64,000 nucleotides of DNA, from IMG/VR virus record IMGVR_UViG_3300031867_000013, positions 1 through 64,000 of that record. One strand, 5' to 3'. Source of the stretch: a virus. Its lineage: Duplodnaviria > Caudoviricetes. The notes under the pieces are model-generated. The model did not search any database. It was not told the DNA's origin and saw only the letters and a list, made by a program, of their open reading frames with translations. Made by a program: the position numbers and the translations under genes. Each line of letters begins with the position of its first letter. Positions within the stretch are counted from its first letter, which is position 1. Shown here in pieces: positions 22,054 to 33,305 of this stretch.

Positions 22054-22389
22054 TTACCACTCTCCTTGTAATCTTATACGAATATATTTATTTGCAATAA
22101 TATCTCCATTATAATTAAACTCATATTTTTCTTTTATATAACTATTATCTTCTAAAGATATATATTTTATATTTTGATTTTCTTTTGATTTATTATATAT
22201 TTTCCAAAACCAATGCGCTTTATCACTATCTAAAGTATCTGCACTACCTATATTTTCTCTATGTCCATCTTCATATTCTATAAATACCCACAAACTAGGC
22301 AAACCTAAAACATTTGACATAAGACACATCTCCTTCTTTTTTTTATAAATAGATATAAATTCATAAGAAATATCAATAGTTACTTTCAT
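22054..22389 (-). CDS. Hypothetical protein
   Basis: ORF in small-gene insert between tape measure and tail genes; true start may be downstream. Confidence 0.45.
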   Translation of the reverse strand: MKVTIDISYEFISIYKKKKEMCLMSNVLGLPSLWVFIEYEDGHRENIGSADTLDSDKAHWFWKIYNKSKENQNIKYISLEDNSYIKEKYEFNYNGDIIANKYIRIRLQGEW

Positions 22390-22391
22390 TT

Positions 22392-22625
22392 TTAATCTTC
22401 CTTACAAATCCAAGTTCTATTTTTACCTTGATTAATTAACCATCCACTTAAATTAGCACCGACACCAACAGGGATATTTTTCTTTGGAATTAAATCTTCT
22501 GCTACTAACAAAGCACCCTCTAAATTATTATTACGACTATTTAATCTTTGAACCTCTCTTTGTAAATATTTAACTTTTTCTTTTAACTCTATATATTCTT
22601 GATATTCAATTTTAACTTTACTCAC
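22392..22625 (-). CDS. Hypothetical coiled-coil protein
   Basis: GTG start with RBS AAGGTGA; SigA promoter upstream. Confidence 0.5.
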   Translation of the reverse strand: MSKVKIEYQEYIELKEKVKYLQREVQRLNSRNNNLEGALLVAEDLIPKKNIPVGVGANLSGWLINQGKNRTWICKED

Positions 22626-22755
22626 TTTTTACATCACCTTTAAGACTAAATTGTGCATTAAACTCTCTTTTATTTTCTGCCTAAATTTTATCATATTTTT
22701 TCTTAAATGTCAACAAAAAAAAGAGGAAGAAATTTTATTCTTCCCCTTAAAAATA

Positions 22756-25700
22756 TTACCGATTAAATCTACTGAACACTCTGCCATTTCCTTTAGCGAA
22801 GTCAACCAAGAATTTCTGACCCCCACTAGGACTTTTTGCCCATTCTCTAATGGCTTCTTGTTCGTCACGAACCAGTGCAATACTAATAGTATTATCTACT
22901 CCAACACTTGTTCCTATATTCTTTGCGAAGTCTGTCATTCCTCTTGCAGTATCTTGTAATGCATCTCCTACATATCCACCATCTGCAAATCTTGGAATTA
23001 CTGTTCTCATTCTTGTAAAGTGTCCATTATTTACTGCATCTAAGAAATTTAATCCATATCTTCTTACTGAATCTGCTTTTATTACATATTCTCCATTAGA
23101 TAACATAGCAGGAATACTATCTGATGTAGATGTTCCTTTACCACTTATATATCCACCTGTTGCAAATCCAAAATTATTCTTAAATGTACTCTTGAAAGAA
23201 CCAAATGATTTAGTGGCACTTGCCATTGTTATAATAGAAATTAATTGCATTATTAATCCTACTATATTTAATCTAAGCATTGTATTTAATGCAGATACAA
23301 TAGATTCTAATTTATCCAATACACGACGTTGATATATAGAATCTACCAACATCTTATTTTCTTCCAACAATGTATCTGAATCAGAAATATCTGTATCTGT
23401 AGTAGTTGTAATAGTAGAATCTCCTTCTGAACCTTCTGACGATTCTTTTGTCTTATCTTTAGTGTCTACTCCTAACTTACTAGCTATAGCAGAATTAACG
23501 CCATATATAGCAGATAATGTACTTAATATACTAGATAATAATGTTACTGCGTCTGTTTGTTCAACTGCATCATCATCACTATTACCGAAAATAGCCCTCG
23601 CTAACCCAACTGCACTTGTATTCCAATCTAATATAAGACCCGCAACATAAGCAAATAATTTTACAAATTCTTTACCTATTTCTACCACAGCATCTAGTAT
23701 AGCATGACCTATTTCTACCACAGCATCTAGTATAGCATGACCTATTTCTACCACAGCATCTAGTATATACTTAATTGCAACATAAGTTAAATATAATAAG
23801 CCCAAACTTCCAGCTATACTTCCTAAAGCATTTATAATACCAACTAAAGTACCTCCTAATGAACCAAATAAACTTGGTAACATACTAACCATCTGATTTT
23901 GGAATCCTGTAGTTGCCGCTACTGTTTGTGTAGTAGACGTAGCTACAGATGATTCTACTCCAGGAGCAGAAACAGTTAATGCCTTATAAGTATTATAATC
24001 TTGATACCCAAACATACCTAAACCACTATTTACAGGAGGTAATGCAGAAGTAGCATAATTATAATTTCCATATGAAGATGTACCTAACATTGGAGAACTA
24101 CCCACCATATTTTGTCCTGCTATTTGTGCTAAATATGTGTTAGCTGTTATCATTTGATTAAGCATCATAGAAGTATTGCTTGCAGTTTGTGTATCTGCAA
24201 TACTAGGTGCTTGATATTCAACATTTGGCGTTCCTGTTATTACGTGCATTAAATCTGTTATGGCTTTCTTTGCAAAGAACTTTTGAAGGTCTTTTAATAT
24301 ATCTATAGCCATATTTCTAAATGCTTCTCCTATGGATTCTGCTGTATTTATATAATCTGTCATAAAATTATATAATCCATTTTCTAATGCTTGATTTGCG
24401 GCATCCATAGTTTCTTGCCATAATGTTTTTTGTTCTCCTAATTTAGCATTTATTTCAGCTTGACGCAAAGCACGTTGTTTTTCTGTTTCTAACTGTGCAA
24501 TAGACATTTCTAATAATTTTGTGTCTGTTTGCATAGTTTTATCTAGTTCATCATTACGACCTTCAATAACTTTAGTTAATTGTTCTTGATATTTAGTCTG
24601 TAATTCATCTAATTTAACTGCTTCTTGTGCATAAGCTACTGCTTTTACTCTTGCTTCTCCCTTATCTAATTGTTTAATACGTTCTTCTTTTACAAACGAA
24701 GTTAATCCACTATCTGCATTTATTAATTCCCTACGATAATTAAAATAGTTATTCATTTCATCTATCCATGACTGAATCATTGATATAAATTTAGAACGTA
24801 CTTCAATTATCTTTTTTGTAATATCTCTAGCTTCTGATACTGCACCTAATTTAGCTAATTCATCTGCTTTTTGCGCCATTTTATCTAATAAATCAGTAAT
24901 AGCCCAATCATTTATCTTTTCACTAAAATAACTCAAATAAGTATCTATAGCTTGTGGGAACAACATTGTCTTTTCTCTTAACCTTTTATTCATAGCTAAA
25001 GAATCATCTTCTATCATCTTTAACCTATTATCAACAAATTGCTCTAATGCTTTGGATTCTACTTTTAATTGTTCAACAGGAAATGCTAATTCAAGATAAT
25101 TAGCAATAGCTGGCATCATTTCACCAAATCTTGCTCTAGCAGTATCAATTTGTTTTCTATATTTTACACTAACTTCTGCCGAAGATATAGTTTCATATAA
25201 ATATGGTTTATTCATATAACTTGCATATTGCTTTTGTGCGGCAATCATTTGATTTTGTCCCTCTTCTACTGCCTTTTCAAATGCTTCTGCTAATGTACTA
25301 ACTGCTTGTGGCATACGTCCATGAAGCATATTTTGTGCTTTTTCAGATTCTTGCTCTACAGTTTCCATAACTTCTTCTAATGGGTCTCCCCTATCTGAAA
25401 AATGGAAATTATCTCCATGTGCATAAATAGCACCAGGCTCTCCAGGATACTCGTCTAATGGTACTAATGCATATTTTTCAGCTATTTCTTCCAACCACAC
25501 ACGCCTTGATTTATCATATAAAGAATCCATAGCTATATCAAATGCTTGTCCACTATCATGCCAACTACTACCATCACCATAGCGTTTAGCACTTGTAACC
25601 ACTATACGCTCACCAAATTCTTTAAAATATTCATATGCTACAGCATTTAGTTTTTGTAATGTTAAATCAGTTAATCCTTCAATATCAGCGTCAGCAACAT

Positions 25701-28700
25701 CATAATATACATCATCAGGTATTTGACTTAATGAAGCTACACTCCTACCGCTACCAATTTGTGTTCCTGCTGTAATACCTTGTTTATATGTTTGGTTAGC
25801 TAAATGATTATAAATATGTTGTAATAATTCTGTTTGCTGTTCTTCTTTCTTTACGGATTCTCTTTGTTGAATTACCAACTCACCATTTAATCTAACTAAA
25901 TCACGTTCTTTTTGATATTGCGCTCCTGCATCTCCACCTGTATCTAATTTCTGTACTTCCTCTATTTCTCTTTGTAATGCCGCTACTTTTAATTGTGCTT
26001 CTTGATATTCTAATTGTGCTTTTTGACTAAAATAATCTTCTATACTTTTATATCCTTGTCTATATGCTAATTCATTTTGTTCTGCAATATCTTTTAACTT
26101 TGCTAATGCTTCTTTTAATTCTTGCTTTATTTTTTCTATGGCTTCTTGCATAGCTTTTCTTAAATCTGCAAGATTTTGTTTTCCCGCATTAACCATATCG
26201 CCAACAACATTATTTGGGTCATAAGGTTTTGGCTGTCCTTTATCATATTTTGCATGACCTTCACCATAAGACTGATAAAATTTACCATAATGACCTAAAC
26301 CAAGACCACCTTCTATATCTTTTGGATTTATCATGCCCTCTGACACTATTTCTTCCCAAGATTTATTTCTATATCCCTCATATTGTTTATTAAGAGCATC
26401 TAACCTATTTTTCATTCCTTCAAAATCTAATACTGTTAATGCCCTTAAAGCATCTATAAATCCATAAATATACCCAGTAGCTACTTTTACTGCATTTTTA
26501 AGAACAACAAAAGTATTATATGATAATATAGCCGCATCTTTAAATCCGTCAACAATTACTATTAAAGCACCAAGCCCAAGCGCAACTAAATCAATAGCGT
26601 CTTTAATTAAAACTTTTATTGCTCCAATATTATCTTCTTCACCTGTAACTTCTTTTATTAAATCTAATAAAGCATCTACATCCGCTAATAATTTAAATAT
26701 TATTTCATCCAATGCCTTACCGACTTCTTGTAATGTTTTTACAGATTGAAAATTATCATTAGCATCAATATCACCAATAAATGTTTTTATAAAATTATCA
26801 ATTACACCATTTAATCCAGGAGCTATTTGTTCAAATATCTGCATACCTGCAACAGCCCAAGATTCTGTAAGCCTATCCATAGCACCACTAAATGTATCTG
26901 CATATTTTTCCAAAGCAACATTATATGTTTGCATTTTACTCATTATATATTCATATAACTTACCTTGTTCTTCTGCTGCTTTGATACCTTCTTCTGTCAT
27001 ACCAACCTTTGCCGATACGCTTTGTGCTTCTTTTAATTGGTCAGGTGTCATACCTACTGCATAAGCTACTTGTGAACTACGTGCTGTTAATGTACCCTGT
27101 AAAATATCACGCACTTCTTGTAATAATTGGTTTTGTGGTAATTGAATAGCCTTACCAACAGCCGCCGTAGATTTTACAACATTATATGCCTGTTCTAATG
27201 AAAATCCTTTACTTAATGCTATACCTAACGTACCCTGCATAGCACGTATTAATTCTTCTGGATTAAATGCGCTTCTTACAGCGTCCATAAACATACGATT
27301 TATCATATCTTTTGACATTTCTAAACCGCGCTCATAAGAAATAGGCTCTCCACCTTCTTTTGCCATATTAGAAAGAGTAGCCGCCATACTAAGCTGTGCT
27401 GTTTCTCTTAATTTATATAACTCAATACCAGGTCTTAATGCATCATAAATAGCCCTTCCTACCTGTGATAACATATTTACTAAACTATTAAAAGCAGAAG
27501 AAGCCGCATTTATTATTCCTGTAAAAGTAAGTAATGCAACCCCAATACCACCTAAAAATTTAGCAAATGTTCCTACCACACCGCTTAACTGTGACATAGA
27601 AGATATAAAATTACCTAATGCCTGTACTGTATTTAACTCACCGCGGGCGGCATATGCCATACCCGATACAGCATGACCCCAATCCATATTATTTAAATAA
27701 GACATAAAATCTGTATCTTTAGACCTTCGTGGTAATTTTCTACCAACACCAATATCATAATCCCTTTGTGCCTGTACTGTTTTCTTTACCCACTCATAAA
27801 GAACTTTCCATGCTTCTGTTTGTTCTTTTATATTACCTATAGCAAGTTTTTCTACTAATTGTGCTTCTCCACCTTTAGTAAGTCCTCTTGTTGCTCTTTG
27901 ATAATTTACTAATGATTGTATTGCTTTCTTAAATTCTTCTGTTAATCTAGCAACTTCTTTAGGGTCTGTAGCTTGATTTAATGCGTTTCCTGCTTTTAAT
28001 GCTTCTCCACGTAAACGCATAAATTGTTGTGTAACTGTTAAAGTCTTTTGTTTTACTTCTTCAAGTTTTTCTCCACCTTTTACATCTACTTCTGCTGTAA
28101 TAGGCTTTTTATACCATTCTTGTTCTTGCTTTCTAGCAGATTCAAAAGCAGTTTTCATTCCTGCAAAATAAGGATGTTCATTTGTTATTCCTAACTGCTT
28201 TCCTGTCCTTAACAAAAAGGACGAACTATAATTTTGTGTTAAATCTCTATATGCTTGTAATTCCTCAAAGAATTTTCCTGCTTTATCTTTATCAAAAACT
28301 TTATCTTCTTTTGCACTTTTAGCTAAATCTGCTAATAGTTGTTTTTGTGCCAATATCTTGTCTTTTAATAATGCAGATTGTGACTTTAATTCCCCTGTTA
28401 CTTTAGCTTGTGCGTCTGCTTCTTTATTAGCTAATTCAACAGGTTGTTCATCCCATTTTTTATCCGTTGCTTTTTCCTTTTGATACATTTTCTGTAATTC
28501 TTTATAAAAAGGATGTGATTCATCAGTTATACCTAATTCTTTACCAATTTTTTTATAAAAGTTAGTATTAAAATTATCAATTAAACTTCTATATTCTTCT
28601 AATCTACTCTTAAAATTAGAAAACTGTTCTTCACTAAATATACCCGACGCTTTTGAACTATGAGACATAGCTAATAAATCTTCTCTTGCCATATCTTTTT

Positions 28701-29997
28701 TCCATTGCTGTTCCCATTTCTGTTCTCTATTTTGCGCCGCTAAATTCGCCATTTTATATCTAACATAACCCGTTGCCATATCTTTATTCATTAAACTTGG
28801 GTCATTAAATACTTGGTCGTATGTACTCTTAGAAAACATATTATTTTTAATAGCATTAGGATTATATTTAGAATTTACTTGGTCTGCATAAGACTTTTTA
28901 ACTTCTCCTGTAATCTGCTTAACAGTTGCCGAAAAGTCTTTTAATGAAGCACTAAGAGAATCAAAAATTGCTTTCGCTTCTTGTCGCATTTGACTTCTTG
29001 TAGCGGCACTATCTCCATGTTCCGCTTTTAATTGATTAACTCTTTCTTTAGCTTCTAATCTAGCATATTTATCGGGGTTTAAAGTTCTATCTAGTGCATC
29101 TCTATCTCTTAATATTTTATCTCGCTCTTTTAATAAAGCATTTTTTACAAAATTATTAGATAAATTTGCATCAATTAAACGCTCTAAATCAGAATTTATT
29201 TTATTTAAACTAAGTACACCTGTATCTCTACCAAATTTACGCATTTCTCTTGAAGCAGATAAAAACTCCTTAAATGCTCCACGTAATTCTTTACTATCTC
29301 TACCAAATTCTTGATAGGCTTTATCCATATTCTGTATAGCAGAAGCACGTTTACTAAATAGAGACTGATATGCGTCTGATTCTTCTTTAGATGTTTTTGT
29401 AGTAGTTACAGTACCTTTAGTATCTGACCTTCTACTTGAAGTATCTAATTTAGTCTTTAATTTTACTGTTGCATCTAATTCTTTAACAGCTTTATTTAAT
29501 TGTGTCTGTAAATACTTGCTATCTACACCTAATTTTAATTTCTTTAATGATTCATCATTATTTATAGAAGTAATAGCTTTATTTACTTCTGTTAGCAAAC
29601 TCTTAGTATTTACACCTAACTTTACTTTTTTAAGTGATTCATCATTATTCAATTCTTGTAATTTTTCATTAAGCTGTGATTTAAGTTTAGATGTATCTAA
29701 TTTTACAGTAAGTCCTTTTATTTTATCTTGCAATTCATTTATTGTTTTTTCTGCTTCTGTACCGTCAGCTTTAATATTTATTGTAGCCTTATCATATCTA
29801 TTTGCTAAATCAATACGTTTTGAGATACCCGCAATTTTACCTTCTGCTTCTGATGTATCTGCGTCAATTTTAACAAGCTGTGTTTTCTTAACAGCTTGCT
29901 CCATAACTTGTTTAACCTTACTTGCAATATCGTCTAAATTTGTTGTATCTGCTGTTACTTTAAATGTAAGATTTACATTCTTATCATCTTTTGCCAA
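22756..29997 (-). CDS. Tape measure protein with internal M15-family peptidase domain
   Basis: About 2400 aa, helical; C-terminal FATGGYISGKGTSTSDSIPAMLSNGEYV; internal SWHDSGQAFDI..HGDNFHF; probable TTG start. Confidence 0.9.
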   Translation of the reverse strand: MAKDDKNVNLTFKVTADTTNLDDIASKVKQVMEQAVKKTQLVKIDADTSEAEGKIAGISKRIDLANRYDKATINIKADGTEAEKTINELQDKIKGLTVKLDTSKLKSQLNEKLQELNNDESLKKVKLGVNTKSLLTEVNKAITSINNDESLKKLKLGVDSKYLQTQLNKAVKELDATVKLKTKLDTSSRRSDTKGTVTTTKTSKEESDAYQSLFSKRASAIQNMDKAYQEFGRDSKELRGAFKEFLSASREMRKFGRDTGVLSLNKINSDLERLIDANLSNNFVKNALLKERDKILRDRDALDRTLNPDKYARLEAKERVNQLKAEHGDSAATRSQMRQEAKAIFDSLSASLKDFSATVKQITGEVKKSYADQVNSKYNPNAIKNNMFSKSTYDQVFNDPSLMNKDMATGYVRYKMANLAAQNREQKWEQQWKKDMAREDLLAMSHSSKASGIFSEEQFSNFKSRLEEYRSLIDNFNTNFYKKIGKELGITDESHPFYKELQKMYQKEKATDKKWDEQPVELANKEADAQAKVTGELKSQSALLKDKILAQKQLLADLAKSAKEDKVFDKDKAGKFFEELQAYRDLTQNYSSSFLLRTGKQLGITNEHPYFAGMKTAFESARKQEQEWYKKPITAEVDVKGGEKLEEVKQKTLTVTQQFMRLRGEALKAGNALNQATDPKEVARLTEEFKKAIQSLVNYQRATRGLTKGGEAQLVEKLAIGNIKEQTEAWKVLYEWVKKTVQAQRDYDIGVGRKLPRRSKDTDFMSYLNNMDWGHAVSGMAYAARGELNTVQALGNFISSMSQLSGVVGTFAKFLGGIGVALLTFTGIINAASSAFNSLVNMLSQVGRAIYDALRPGIELYKLRETAQLSMAATLSNMAKEGGEPISYERGLEMSKDMINRMFMDAVRSAFNPEELIRAMQGTLGIALSKGFSLEQAYNVVKSTAAVGKAIQLPQNQLLQEVRDILQGTLTARSSQVAYAVGMTPDQLKEAQSVSAKVGMTEEGIKAAEEQGKLYEYIMSKMQTYNVALEKYADTFSGAMDRLTESWAVAGMQIFEQIAPGLNGVIDNFIKTFIGDIDANDNFQSVKTLQEVGKALDEIIFKLLADVDALLDLIKEVTGEEDNIGAIKVLIKDAIDLVALGLGALIVIVDGFKDAAILSYNTFVVLKNAVKVATGYIYGFIDALRALTVLDFEGMKNRLDALNKQYEGYRNKSWEEIVSEGMINPKDIEGGLGLGHYGKFYQSYGEGHAKYDKGQPKPYDPNNVVGDMVNAGKQNLADLRKAMQEAIEKIKQELKEALAKLKDIAEQNELAYRQGYKSIEDYFSQKAQLEYQEAQLKVAALQREIEEVQKLDTGGDAGAQYQKERDLVRLNGELVIQQRESVKKEEQQTELLQHIYNHLANQTYKQGITAGTQIGSGRSVASLSQIPDDVYYDVADADIEGLTDLTLQKLNAVAYEYFKEFGERIVVTSAKRYGDGSSWHDSGQAFDIAMDSLYDKSRRVWLEEIAEKYALVPLDEYPGEPGAIYAHGDNFHFSDRGDPLEEVMETVEQESEKAQNMLHGRMPQAVSTLAEAFEKAVEEGQNQMIAAQKQYASYMNKPYLYETISSAEVSVKYRKQIDTARARFGEMMPAIANYLELAFPVEQLKVESKALEQFVDNRLKMIEDDSLAMNKRLREKTMLFPQAIDTYLSYFSEKINDWAITDLLDKMAQKADELAKLGAVSEARDITKKIIEVRSKFISMIQSWIDEMNNYFNYRRELINADSGLTSFVKEERIKQLDKGEARVKAVAYAQEAVKLDELQTKYQEQLTKVIEGRNDELDKTMQTDTKLLEMSIAQLETEKQRALRQAEINAKLGEQKTLWQETMDAANQALENGLYNFMTDYINTAESIGEAFRNMAIDILKDLQKFFAKKAITDLMHVITGTPNVEYQAPSIADTQTASNTSMMLNQMITANTYLAQIAGQNMVGSSPMLGTSSYGNYNYATSALPPVNSGLGMFGYQDYNTYKALTVSAPGVESSVATSTTQTVAATTGFQNQMVSMLPSLFGSLGGTLVGIINALGSIAGSLGLLYLTYVAIKYILDAVVEIGHAILDAVVEIGHAILDAVVEIGKEFVKLFAYVAGLILDWNTSAVGLARAIFGNSDDDAVEQTDAVTLLSSILSTLSAIYGVNSAIASKLGVDTKDKTKESSEGSEGDSTITTTTDTDISDSDTLLEENKMLVDSIYQRRVLDKLESIVSALNTMLRLNIVGLIMQLISIITMASATKSFGSFKSTFKNNFGFATGGYISGKGTSTSDSIPAMLSNGEYVIKADSVRRYGLNFLDAVNNGHFTRMRTVIPRFADGGYVGDALQDTARGMTDFAKNIGTSVGVDNTISIALVRDEQEAIREWAKSPSGGQKFLVDFAKGNGRVFSRFNR
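23674..23767. repeat. 33-bp tandem repeat (about 2.8 copies) in tape measure gene
   Basis: acctatttctaccacagcatctagtatagcatg repeated; encodes HAILDAVVEIG. Confidence 0.9.
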
Positions 29998-30300
29998 CTT
30001 TCTCACTTCCTTTTGAAACACCGTATATATTGCAAAATAGCCCTGCGTGTTAATGCAAGGCTATATAATTCTTTATATTCTATTCTCTCATTTTTTCTAA
30101 TGTCTTGCTTATTTTCTTACCGCCGCCGAACAATGCTCCTGCACCTACCATTACAGCTTCAATAAAATCAGCTTGCTTTCTCATATCTTGTTTTACACAT
30201 TTTTCATAAAACAATAGTGCTTCTTCTTTACTATATTCTGTCAGCACTTTTTCTTTATCGTGTCCGTGTTCTATAAGTGTTTCTAATATATCATATACAC

Positions 30301-30810
30301 TTACTTCTCGCTCTCTTGCTTGGCTGATTCCTTCTTCTCTCTTTTTGCTTTTGGTATCTTCTTTTCTAGCTTGTTCAATAATTTCGTAAAAAAACCTTTA
30401 TTTACCTCATAAAGTGTAAATAGTATTTCTACACCATCTAATGCATCTAGTTCTTCTACTTCTGTACTATCAAGATTTGTTCCTTTCTTGATAATATCTG
30501 CCATAAGGTCAGCACCTTCATCACCTAATATTCCTATTAGTTCTAATAGACCCATAAACCTTATTGAATTTACTGTTTGCTCTGATACTCCTTCTTCGGA
30601 AGGACTATACATAAGTTTATTTAATGCTGTTGCTGTTGCATCTGTAGCATTAAGTACCATTCCCGCAATTCCACTTAAATGTGACGCAATACGAATAGTA
30701 TCAAGTAAAGAGAATCTTTTTACTACTACTGTTTTATCTCCTACTTTAACTTCTTTATTCGCCAATAAAATATCTAACTCTTTTTCTTTCTTATCTTCCT
30801 TAGTTGCCAT
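30301..30810 (-). CDS. Tail assembly chaperone (G); -1 frameshift product GT extends to 30080
   Basis: Directly upstream of tape measure; slippery T TTT TTT at 30388-30394; -1 frame open to TAG at 30080. Confidence 0.85.
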   Translation of the reverse strand: MATKEDKKEKELDILLANKEVKVGDKTVVVKRFSLLDTIRIASHLSGIAGMVLNATDATATALNKLMYSPSEEGVSEQTVNSIRFMGLLELIGILGDEGADLMADIIKKGTNLDSTEVEELDALDGVEILFTLYEVNKGFFTKLLNKLEKKIPKAKREKKESAKQESEK

Positions 30811-30924
30811 ATTTATATACCTCCAATATTTTTATATTTTGATAGTATATTATACCATAAATTTTTACTTTTGTCAAGACCTAATATAAATATAAGCCGC
30901 CTAAAAAGACGGCTTAATAAAATA

Positions 30925-31461
30925 TTACTTATCCCATTCCCATGTAGGAATATGTTGTTTCTGTTTTCTATTTTTAGGCACAAATTTAACATAATCATAA
31001 TCGCTATATTCTGGATGTATAGGCTTATAACAATAATCATTATAAGGAGCAATCATACTTTCTACATACTCACCACCATTACGAAACAAATTTTTAATAA
31101 ATAAATCTTCTTGTTCAGCCGTATATCCCAATAAAAGACCCATAACAATCTGATGTTCAATATATGGAAGTCCATATAATGCTTTAATCACCCTACCTAT
31201 ACTATCATGTATATATAGCCAAAGATTATCTTTATTATTAGGGTCATTATAATATTTAAGTGTCTTTTCATTCCACTCAACATCGGCAGGGTCTTTCGCT
31301 TTTCTTCTACGCTCTAAATATTTTGTATCAGATTCAATCATTTTATCTAATTCTTCCATGTTTTTCTTTGTAACAGGATAAATATAAGCGGCATTTCTTA
31401 CGCCTTTATTTAATAAATATTTTTCTGTAGAAATTGTATTTCTAAATTCATCTGCTTTCAT
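30925..31461 (-). CDS. Hypothetical protein
   Basis: Start MKADEF after RBS AGGAG; G.LLGY motif. Confidence 0.55.
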   Translation of the reverse strand: MKADEFRNTISTEKYLLNKGVRNAAYIYPVTKKNMEELDKMIESDTKYLERRRKAKDPADVEWNEKTLKYYNDPNNKDNLWLYIHDSIGRVIKALYGLPYIEHQIVMGLLLGYTAEQEDLFIKNLFRNGGEYVESMIAPYNDYCYKPIHPEYSDYDYVKFVPKNRKQKQHIPTWEWDK

Positions 31462-31474
31462 AATATACACTCCT

Positions 31475-33178
31475 TTAATTATAAAATTTTTCCCACTTAG
31501 TATTCCCACTTCGATATACCTTGCAAGCACCTAAAGACAACATTACATAATCTTCTTTATTAGACGCATTTTCTTTATAGGCTTCTTCTATAAGATTAGG
31601 ATATTTTTCTTTCAAATATTTAATTTGACACTGTTCACGTTTTATCTCCTTTCCACTTAAATTCCAATAATAACGGGGATTAGTTTGTCCTTTTTCATAA
31701 AATCCTAATAGCTTATAAATATTACCCGTGAAATAATCATTATCACTATAAGACAATACATATTTTGGTGTATATTCTTTCTCAAATGCACTTAATAACT
31801 TTTTAGCACCACCTACAATAGTATAACCATCTTTTACGCAATATCTATGAAGTTCGTATTGTCCTTCTTCTGTATTCTTTAATCTTAACTTACCAAAAGA
31901 CATTACAGCATATAACTCACCTTCATAATATAATCCATAATTTATTTTCATTGTAGCTTTATTTGCGCCTTGCAAATGATACTTTTCAACAAACTCACAA
32001 GCAATATCATTTGATACCTTTTTTACCTCACATTTACGTGCCATAATAGATTCCTGTGGCAAAAATAGGGAACGTAAATACATCTTTATTTTCTCTTGAT
32101 TATTATTCCAATCAACATCAAAAATATTAATAAGATGTATTCCCTTTTCTTTTGCACACAAGAATTTATCTCTATGATATGTGTATTCCTTTTCATCAAA
32201 ATATCCTAAATACATTTTTGGCAATAAAGAAGCATGGGAAAAAGAGCCATTGTATTCAATACCAATATTATGCTCTTTAGATAAAATATCAATCTCTTTT
32301 CCATTCAAAATTCTTTTACCCTTTTCAACACTAATTCCTAATGATTTAACATAATCTTTAATTTCATTTTCTGCTGTAGAACCTTTATGAGAAATATCTA
32401 AACAACCACAAGAAGTAGTAAACCCCGCAACTAAATTATAAGCAAATACTACAACTTCTGTCTTATCCTTACAATCACACCTACATAAATATTTATTATC
32501 TTCTCCTGCTTCTCTTGGTACTTCCTTAATAACAGTTAAATGTCCAAATTTTTGTCCTGTTAAATCTTTAAAAGCAGAATTATGATGAGGTTCTTTAACA
32601 ATACAACCACAAGATTTTATACCGCCTCTTTTTAATTTTTCAGAAGTAGTATATACAATATTTTTATCCGTTTCTTTACAGTCACACTCACACTTCCACT
32701 TTCCATTTCCTGCATATTCTAATACAGTTAAATGATTAAATTTTTGTCCAATAAGCCTATCCTCTACATTTTTCTTAATAATATCTTTATTACTATGAGT
32801 ACACCCACAAGATTGTGAAGCACCACTTTTAAGATTTTTAGCAGATACAGGTCTATCTACTTTATCACAAGCAGTACAATGACACATCCACATTCTTGTA
32901 TATCCTTTATCTTCATGTAATCCTAATACTTTCCAATATCCAAAAGTTTGTCCTGTTAAATCTTCATATTTATTCTTTCTAACACATTTTCCACAAGATT
33001 TAGTATTACCACTTGTAAGATTATTAGTTGGTACAATAGTTTCATTTCCGCACTCACACCTACACTTCCACATAGAACTTCCCCTATTTGTCCCAACATA
33101 CTCTAAAACCTCCAATTTCCCAAAATGCTGACCTACTAAATTTGATTTTTTCATGTTTATCAATCCTTTCATAATCAT
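31475..33178 (-). CDS. Hef-like (PD-(D/E)XK) homing endonuclease with four N-terminal Cys-rich repeats and a GNAT-like C-terminal domain
   Basis: 4x DL.GQ.FG.L.V..W.C.C.C..SCG repeats; EIDI...IGIEYNG nuclease motif; YHLQG, ELHRYC, SYSDN. Confidence 0.75.
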   Translation of the reverse strand: MIMKGLINMKKSNLVGQHFGKLEVLEYVGTNRGSSMWKCRCECGNETIVPTNNLTSGNTKSCGKCVRKNKYEDLTGQTFGYWKVLGLHEDKGYTRMWMCHCTACDKVDRPVSAKNLKSGASQSCGCTHSNKDIIKKNVEDRLIGQKFNHLTVLEYAGNGKWKCECDCKETDKNIVYTTSEKLKRGGIKSCGCIVKEPHHNSAFKDLTGQKFGHLTVIKEVPREAGEDNKYLCRCDCKDKTEVVVFAYNLVAGFTTSCGCLDISHKGSTAENEIKDYVKSLGISVEKGKRILNGKEIDILSKEHNIGIEYNGSFSHASLLPKMYLGYFDEKEYTYHRDKFLCAKEKGIHLINIFDVDWNNNQEKIKMYLRSLFLPQESIMARKCEVKKVSNDIACEFVEKYHLQGANKATMKINYGLYYEGELYAVMSFGKLRLKNTEEGQYELHRYCVKDGYTIVGGAKKLLSAFEKEYTPKYVLSYSDNDYFTGNIYKLLGFYEKGQTNPRYYWNLSGKEIKREQCQIKYLKEKYPNLIEEAYKENASNKEDYVMLSLGACKVYRSGNTKWEKFYN

Positions 33179-33260
33179 TTTATAAAAGGATTATAACATA
33201 CTTTTTATAATTTGTCAAGTGTTTTATTTCAATACAATTATGTATACAAAAATTTACAAT

Positions 33261-33290
33261 AAAAAAAAAGAGACTTCGTAAAGAAGTCTC
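33261..33290 (-). terminator. Intrinsic terminator after tail tube gene
   Basis: GAGACTTC/GAAGTCTC hairpin followed by U-tract on minus strand. Confidence 0.7.
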
Positions 33291-33305
33291 CCTTTATTTT
33301 TTCTA

